From: Thermodesulfobacterium commune DSM 2178
GTDB lineage: Bacteria > Desulfobacterota > Thermodesulfobacteria > Thermodesulfobacteriales > Thermodesulfobacteriaceae
NCBI RefSeq assembly: GCF_000734015.1
Contig: NZ_CP008796.1
Span: 1,080,001 to 1,112,000, forward strand
DNA: 32,000 bases
Reading direction: 5' to 3'
Shown: positions 27,169-32,000 of the stretch, piece after piece
Layout of the letters: each line of letters starts with the position of its first letter
Numbering within the stretch: the stretch's first letter is position 1
Program-made: the position numbers and the translations under genes
The notes under the pieces: generated by a model
The model's database searches: none
Told to the model about the DNA's origin: nothing
Seen by the model: the letters and a program-made list of their open reading frames with translations, nothing else

Positions 27169-27985
27169 AAACTAACAACCACCATATTAAAGCCCCAACT
27201 ATCCAGAGGCTAAACTTTCTTGCAGGCTTAAAACCTAAAAGAACAAGCCAAACAACCGCTAAAAAAAGTAAAAAAAGCACTCCCAAAGGGGGTAAAAACT
27301 TTAAAAGTCCCTGAGCTCCCCAAAAAAACCATGGACCAGTAACTATCGTTTTCCCTTTCTCTGACTCAAGAGGAACATAAAAGATGAGAGGCAAAATCAG
27401 GTTTAGGTAAAGATAAGGGGCATATTTAAGGCTTAAAACCCGTTTAATCGAGGCATGCCAAACAAAAAGCCCTATGGCTAATAAAAAAGAACCATAAATA
27501 TGGGCTAAATAAACTCTATAAAGACCTCCTTTAGAGATTGGGAACAAAAGGTCTCTTAAGACTTCTCCTACATAAGGTATGCTTAAACAAAGATTTTCAG
27601 CTATGGTTCCTGCAAGCTTCCCTACCTCATCAAACCTTATCACATAACCGGTAAAGGTAATAAAAATAAGGACGATAAAGCTTAACACCAAAAACAACCA
27701 GGCAACAAAATTCTTTTTATGATGCCATCCTTTGTAAAGGCTATCTATCAGATGGAAAAAAGTTGAGATTAAAGCAAGTTGAGAAGAAAAGTAGTGAAGA
27801 CTTCTAAAAAACCTGCCAAAAGGCACCGATGACTCTAACCGAATCACACTGTAGAGAGGTTCGGTATAAAAGTAATGATAACTAACCACCATCCCAGATA
27901 AAATAGAGATTATAAGGCTTATCAAACAGAGATTGGCTATAAACAGGTTGATTTTTGAAGAGGTAGAAAAGCTAAAAAACCTCAA
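27125..27985 (-). CDS. Cytochrome b (b6 + subunit-IV-like, 7 TM) of a Rieske/cyt b complex
   Basis: His pairs H64/H78 (13 intervening, RSLHYFSS...FFH) and H162/H177 (14 intervening, LAHIYG...VWH) lie in predicted helices B and D. TGYVIRFDE replaces TGYxLPWxQ, and GPWFFWGAQGLLK aligns to the PEWY Qo region. The only available start is TTG 27985, overlapping the Rieske gene by 14 nt. Confidence 0.75.
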   Translation of the reverse strand: MRFFSFSTSSKINLFIANLCLISLIISILSGMVVSYHYFYTEPLYSVIRLESSVPFGRFFRSLHYFSSQLALISTFFHLIDSLYKGWHHKKNFVAWLFLVLSFIVLIFITFTGYVIRFDEVGKLAGTIAENLCLSIPYVGEVLRDLLFPISKGGLYRVYLAHIYGSFLLAIGLFVWHASIKRVLSLKYAPYLYLNLILPLIFYVPLESEKGKTIVTGPWFFWGAQGLLKFLPPLGVLFLLFLAVVWLVLLGFKPARKFSLWIVGALIWWLLVYVIFSLIIYRDAHT

Positions 27986-28367
27986 CCTCTAAACCCTGAG
28001 AATTAAGTCTGTAGTTGTATGTAGTAAGGTCTTTTTTAGCAGGTCCAGAGAGAAACTTTCCTGAAAGATTAAATTTACTTTGATGACAGGGACAGACGAT
28101 CAGAGCCTCTTCAGGAGAATAGTTAAGCAAACAGCCTAAATGAGGACACTTCCTGGAAAAAACCTTAAAATTAGAGCCTGTTTTCATCACAATAAAGTTT
28201 TCTTTAAATAGTATATCTTTAGCTTTTTCTATCTCCTCAAAAAGAACGATAACCTTTTTAGGTGGGGGAGAAGATAAACTAGTTAGGTTTTTAAAAGCTC
28301 CATAGGTTAAAAAACCCAAAACACCCAAAGAAAAAAGCCTTAAAAAGTTTCGTCTCTTTTTATCCAT
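27972..28367 (-). CDS. Rieske [2Fe-2S] protein, bc-type, Tat-exported, minimal (131 aa)
   Basis: Twin-arginine signal KRRNFLRLFSLGVLGF; box I CPHLGC and box II CPCHQS, including the extra disulfide cysteines typical of bc1/b6f Rieske proteins. Confidence 0.85.
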   Translation of the reverse strand: MDKKRRNFLRLFSLGVLGFLTYGAFKNLTSLSSPPPKKVIVLFEEIEKAKDILFKENFIVMKTGSNFKVFSRKCPHLGCLLNYSPEEALIVCPCHQSKFNLSGKFLSGPAKKDLTTYNYRLNSQGLEVEVF

Positions 28368-28369
28368 TT

Positions 28370-28933
28370 TTATTTAAAATAAACCGATAATTTTTTAAAC
28401 TCTTCGGTTCCTGCTTTTTGTAAAAGTTGAAAAGTGATGGTTTCGGTATCACCAGGCAAAGCCCCTGCAAGTATGCTAAGCTGAAGGCCTGTCTTCCAGT
28501 TTTCCTCTTTACGACTACATACAGCATCCTTAGGTAAAAACACAAAATATCCTTTCGAAAGAAGGCTTAAGGCAGTTTGATAGATACAAATGTGAGTTTC
28601 CATCCCTGTCAGAATTACTTTATTACGTCCATAGGACCTTAAAGTAGCTAAAAATTTCTCTTCGGCACAACAATCAAAGGTTATCTTCTCAATAGGATGA
28701 TATTCGGGAAGGACCTTTTTTAAGTCCTCTATGGTTTGTCCTAACCCTTTAGGATATTGTTCGGTAAGGATAACAGGTATTCCTAAGACTTTAGCCACCT
28801 CAACCAAGATGATTATGTTTTTTATTATCTTAGAAACTATCTTTTCTTCCATCGCTCTCACCAATTTTTCCTGTACATCTACCACAATCAGAATTGCCTC
28901 TTCGGACTTGATAAAATACCTTTCCCAGTCCAT
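28370..28933 (-). CDS. Isochorismatase-family cysteine hydrolase
   Basis: ILIVVDVQEKL (Asp), VILTGMETHICIYQTALSL (nucleophile Cys) and the overall ~185-aa size fit the family. Confidence 0.7.
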   Translation of the reverse strand: MDWERYFIKSEEAILIVVDVQEKLVRAMEEKIVSKIIKNIIILVEVAKVLGIPVILTEQYPKGLGQTIEDLKKVLPEYHPIEKITFDCCAEEKFLATLRSYGRNKVILTGMETHICIYQTALSLLSKGYFVFLPKDAVCSRKEENWKTGLQLSILAGALPGDTETITFQLLQKAGTEEFKKLSVYFK

Positions 28934-28950
28934 CTTAACCCCCTGTAATT

Positions 28951-29574
28951 TTAGTCAAACCTTTCTTCTTTAACACTTGGTGCAAGTTCCTTTAAAGCCC
29001 TTTTTATCAATTCATCTAAGGTAACCCCTTCTTCAAAAACGTTATACAAAACAGAATCTATCTCTTTAGAACTAAATCCTAAGGATAAAAGACAGCTTTT
29101 AGCCTCTTCAAGGACCATTTCTTTTTCTGGAGGTAAGGTTATCCCTTTGAGGCTGGGTTTTAAAAATAAGTTCTTTAGTTCTAAAAACAGTTTTTCTGCC
29201 CTTTTGGGGCCTATACCTGGAACTTTTGCAAGCTCCTTCCAACGTGCTTCGAGGATTACTTGTCTCAGCTCTTCAGGAGAAAAGACAGAAAGTACGTTTA
29301 ACGCAAGTTTAGGACCAACCTTAGAAAGGGTGTTCAGTTTTATAAAAAGCTCTCTGGTTTCTTTGTCTAAAAATCCATAAAGCTCTAAAAATTCGTTTTT
29401 TCTTATAAAACTAACCAAATACATGGTTATCGGTTTATCAATAAACTTAGTTTTAAGCGGCTCTACCAAGTTTAAAGGCACAAAAACTTCTATGGATAAA
29501 ACCTGTAAAATTTCTATGATTGCTTTATTAGGGGGATTTACAGTTTTTAGAACCCCTGAGACTGCAAAAAACAA
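28951..29574 (-). CDS. ruvA: Holliday junction branch-migration complex subunit RuvA
   Basis: LYGFLDKETRELFIKLNTLSKVGPKLALNVLS and the HhH motif LAKVPGIGPKRAEKL. Confidence 0.85.
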   Translation of the reverse strand: MFFAVSGVLKTVNPPNKAIIEILQVLSIEVFVPLNLVEPLKTKFIDKPITMYLVSFIRKNEFLELYGFLDKETRELFIKLNTLSKVGPKLALNVLSVFSPEELRQVILEARWKELAKVPGIGPKRAEKLFLELKNLFLKPSLKGITLPPEKEMVLEEAKSCLLSLGFSSKEIDSVLYNVFEEGVTLDELIKRALKELAPSVKEERFD

Positions 29575-29576
29575 AA

Positions 29577-30077
29577 TTAACCTCCTAGTTCAAAACCAAG
29601 TAAAAGAGCCACTGCTAAGGCATCCACCTTATGAGAGTCTAACCCATCTTCCTCAAAATCTTCTACAAAAGATAAAACCCCGTGTTTACTCAACCACTGA
29701 ATTTGAGAAACCATATCCTGTTTTTCAGCATTTCCATTTTGGGTCAAAAACTTTTTTATTTCCTTAGGAGTAAAAGTTTTAAACCTAAGATTATAAAGCC
29801 CACAGAGAAGCAACACCAAAGCCTGAGCCTGAGAAAGCTTTAGGGTAGCATTTCCAACCCCTCGGGTATAAACCTCTTCTAACGCCAAATAATCTGGGGA
29901 AAATTTATTTATGATATTTTTAAGGCTCTCAAAGATCAAAGCCAGCTTTTGAGGAAGGGATAAGGTTGGAGGGGGGCTGATGGTCCCCCAGGTTAACACC
30001 TTAAATCTTTGCTGAGATTTTTCCACACAGGCATAACCTAAATGATTGAGCCCAGGGTCTATCCCCAAAATTTTCAT
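29577..30077 (-). CDS. ruvC: Holliday junction resolvase RuvC
   Basis: MKILGIDPGLNHLGYA..., LALEEVY, DSHKVDALAVAL. Confidence 0.85.
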   Translation of the reverse strand: MKILGIDPGLNHLGYACVEKSQQRFKVLTWGTISPPPTLSLPQKLALIFESLKNIINKFSPDYLALEEVYTRGVGNATLKLSQAQALVLLLCGLYNLRFKTFTPKEIKKFLTQNGNAEKQDMVSQIQWLSKHGVLSFVEDFEEDGLDSHKVDALAVALLLGFELGG

Positions 30078-30823
30078 CTATTAAGTTTTTCCATGATATT
30101 TTCAGGGATATCAAAGTTAGCATATACCTGCTGGACGTCGTCGTTATCATCCAGTGCTTCGATAAGTTTTAAGAGGGTGTTTGCGGTTTGTTCATCTGAG
30201 ATAGGAACAAGAGTTTTTGGTACCAAAGTAAGCTTGGCAGAAAGGATTTCAATCCCAGCCTCTTCTAAGGCCTTCTTAACCTCTTCAAACTGAGAAGGTT
30301 CTGTGATGATTTCGACCTCACTTTCATACTCTTTGGTATCCTCTGCCCCTTTTTCTATAGCTATCTCTAAAGCCTTCTCTTCATCCTTTTTAGGTACAAC
30401 GATCAATCCTTTGTGTTCAAAGATCCAAGAAACTGCCCCTGGCTCTGCCAAATTACCCCCATGTTTACTAAAAATATGTCTTACCTCAGAAACAGTTCTT
30501 CTCCTATTATCGGTGATAGCATGGACCAAGATGGCAACCCCACCAGGACCATACCCTTCAAACACCGCCTCTTCATAATTAGTCCCTTCTTCTTGCCCTA
30601 AGGCTTTTTTTATGGCCCTTTCGATGTTTTCTTTGGGCATGTTAGCTGCTCTTGCCGCCTGGATAGCTGCCCTTAACCTTGGATTTAAATCAGGGTCTCC
30701 ACTTCCACCCGTCCTTACAGCAACCACGATTTCTCTTATCAGTTTAGTAAATATTTGACCTCTTTTAGCATCTTGAGCCGCTTTTTTTCTTTTTATTTGT
30801 GCCCAATGGGAATGTCCAGCCAT
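30074..30823 (-). CDS. yebC: YebC/PmpR family DNA-binding regulator
   Basis: MAGHSHWAQIKRKKAAQDAKRGQIFTKLIREI...NPRLRAAIQAARAANMPKENIERAIKK. Confidence 0.9.
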   Translation of the reverse strand: MAGHSHWAQIKRKKAAQDAKRGQIFTKLIREIVVAVRTGGSGDPDLNPRLRAAIQAARAANMPKENIERAIKKALGQEEGTNYEEAVFEGYGPGGVAILVHAITDNRRRTVSEVRHIFSKHGGNLAEPGAVSWIFEHKGLIVVPKKDEEKALEIAIEKGAEDTKEYESEVEIITEPSQFEEVKKALEEAGIEILSAKLTLVPKTLVPISDEQTANTLLKLIEALDDNDDVQQVYANFDIPENIMEKLNR

Positions 30824-30850
30824 AATACCACCCCTTTAAAATTTTTTATA

Positions 30851-30891
30851 AGTATAATAGGTCTTGCCAAAAATTCAAACTCTATTAAAAT
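30851..30891. promoter_or_regulatory. Putative overlapping divergent promoters (yebC operon leftward, tRNA-Leu rightward)
   Basis: Plus strand: TTGCCA (30864-69), 16 nt, TAAAAT (30886-91). Minus strand: TTGAAT (30878-73), 16 nt, TATACT (30856-51). These are motif matches only. Confidence 0.3.
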
Positions 30892-30911
30892 AGGTTTTTA
30901 ATAAATTTTCC

Positions 30912-30996
30912 GCCGGGGTGGCGGAATTGGCAGACGCGGTGGACTCAAAATCCACTGGGGTTCACCCCCGTGCGGGTTCGACTCCCGCCCCCGGCA
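30912..30996 (+). tRNA. tRNA-Leu (anticodon CAA), class II with long variable arm
   Basis: Folded by hand: acceptor GCCGGGG/CCCCGGC + A; anticodon stem GTGGA/TCCAC with loop CTCAAAA; variable arm GGGG-TTCA-CCCC; T arm GCGGG-TTCGACT-CCCGC. No encoded CCA. Confidence 0.9.
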
Positions 30997-31005
30997 TTTC
31001 CGGCT

Positions 31006-31337
31006 TTAAACCTCTGTATAAAACTCATACACAGCAATCTCAAAAGATTGAAATTTAAAGACCTCTCCATCAAATCCTGTTCCCTTTTGAATAAGGTATG
31101 GTAAGTCATACCCGTATTTCCAGGTAACTAAAGATCCATTTTTGGGTCCTGAGGATTACCAATAATATTCGGGATCACCTATTATTTTTACCGTTCCGTC
31201 TGGCATCTTAAAAGCCACCTGCTTGCTCTCTGATAAGCCTGGTTGGGTAGGTTAAGCAACTGCCCTCCCTCGAGTGACACAACGATTAAGAGGACAGTCA
31301 GGTGAAAACAAAACATCTCTACAAGAATAATAATCAT
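31006..31337 (-). pseudogene. Decayed gene for a small exported protein (one frameshift, one in-frame TAA)
   Basis: ATG 31337 gives MIIILVEMFCFHLTVLLIVVSLEGGQLLNLPNQ... The reading then has to shift near 31250 to PTQPGLSESKQVAFKMPDGTVKIIGDPEYYW, hits TAA (31158-31156), and continues SSGPKNGSLVTWKYGYDLPYLIQKGTGFDGEVFKFQSFEIAVYEFYTEV to stop 31008-31006. Confidence 0.35.
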
Positions 31338-31513
31338 CTTAGGTCTTCTCTAAACCGATCGACTACCCCCTCAGTTACAGGTTCTTCCGTCAATCAAAAC
31401 TATCGCCTCAACCCTTTCCTCTGACCTTTCTTCGTTAAAAACCAACCAACTACTTTTAAATCTATAACACCATCCAGATTTCTGTACCTCTTTTTCTTAA
31501 AATCCTTAACCAT
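31334..31513 (-). pseudogene. Truncated/broken ORF with intact SD and start
   Basis: AAGGAAGG-TTTT-ATG (31513) gives MVKDFKKKRYRNLDGVIDLKVVGWFLTKKGQRKGLRR, then TAG, F, TGA, then LTEEPVTEGVVDRFREDLR and TGA, all in the same frame. Confidence 0.3.
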
Positions 31514-31643
31514 AAAACCTTCCTTTTAAAAGTTTATTTAAATAAATCAATACTATATTCTAAATCGAAACTGCATTTTCCTTTTTCTAATTTTATAGTA
31601 AAATTGATTATACAAGCTTTACATTTCATCAAGGAGGGAAACG

Positions 31644-32000
31644 ATGGGGCTTCAAAAAATAATAACTCAATATCTTCCACAAGGCGTTTTTATCGTTACC
31701 TCTAAGGCTAACGATAAGATAAACGGAATGACAGCAGCTTGGGTGTCTCAAGTATCTTTCAGACCAAGACTTATAGCCGTCTCGATTGCTCCTCAAAGGT
31801 ATACCTATGAACTTATTAAAGAATCTGGATTTTTTTGCCTCAACGTCTTAGGTAAAGGGCAACAGGACCTTGCTAAACACTTTGGGTTTAAAAGCGGAAA
31901 AAACTATAATAAGTTCGAAAACATACCTTATACCTTTTCGTTAAACGGGATGCCTGTGTTAAAAGACGCAATAGCTTACTTTGAGTGCGGGGTCTACGGA
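31644..32000 (+). CDS. Flavin reductase-like (FMN-binding split-barrel) protein; 3' end outside the window
   Basis: SD AAGGAGGG 5 nt before the ATG. GVFIVTSKANDKINGMTAAWVSQVSFRPRLIAVSIAPQRYTYELIKESGFFCLNVL is the Flavin_Reduct pattern. The frame is open to the window edge and is absent from the ORF track. Confidence 0.75.
   Translation, partial: MGLQKIITQYLPQGVFIVTSKANDKINGMTAAWVSQVSFRPRLIAVSIAPQRYTYELIKESGFFCLNVLGKGQQDLAKHFGFKSGKNYNKFENIPYTFSLNGMPVLKDAIAYFECGVYG

Noticed and set aside
302-30601. Other short antisense or alternate-frame ORFs in the track (302..484, 3265..3468, 9760..10158, 19083..20173 set, 21515..21742, 22080..22672 set, 23792..23980, 24934..25272, 26389..26601, 28360..28545, 28731..28973, 29147..29767, 30042..30601 set)
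   Set aside because: Each lies wholly within a longer ORF that has clear family signatures. None has an SD or domain motif, so I treat them as frame shadows.
31359-31374. Possible degenerate direct repeat of the tRNA-Leu 3' end (TCGACTACCCCCTCAG vs TCGACTCCCGCCCCCGG), which would be an att-like scar bracketing the decayed ORF
   Set aside because: Only about 6 contiguous plus scattered matching bases, which is too short and degenerate to distinguish from chance. No integrase remnant was recognised.

Overview
This is an AT-rich (roughly one-third G+C by eye, not computed), about 90% coding chromosomal segment. The proteins are rich in K, E and I, which suggests a thermophile. The presence of dsrA-dsrB-dsrD marks the organism as a dissimilatory sulfite/sulfate reducer, and I infer (cannot verify) a Thermodesulfobacteriota-like lineage. 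Most of the window is housekeeping: ilvB(partial)-ilvN-tkt-tatC-tatA, ftsE-ftsX plus an EnvC-like gene, mltG, rsmA, a DUF1015/Cys-rich/fabG operon, yjbQ, leuA, prmA, ampG-like MFS, yebC-ruvC-ruvA, tRNA-Leu(CAA) and a partial flavin-reductase gene. The stand-out region is the minus-strand cluster 28367..25420. It encodes a minimal Tat-exported bc-type Rieske protein and a 7-TM cytochrome b with a non-canonical Qo motif (GPWF instead of PEWY). In place of cytochrome c1/f it carries a multihaem cytochrome c. That cytochrome reading frame is interrupted by one in-frame TGA (25855-25857). The frame then stays open for 144 more codons carrying two further CxxCH motifs, no usable start codon and no export signal. 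This makes it a candidate selenocysteine or readthrough dodecahaem cytochrome, or else a very recent nonsense mutation or sequencing error. Secondary observations are a translationally coupled TPR / zinc-ribbon-HEAT-like / TPR module and a sulfur-themed trio (TudS-like DUF523-DUF1722, exported rhodanese, B12-type radical SAM). There is also a 650-bp ORF-free stretch of broken reading frames immediately 3' of the tRNA. I saw no CRISPR array, transposase, integrase or obvious defence genes.
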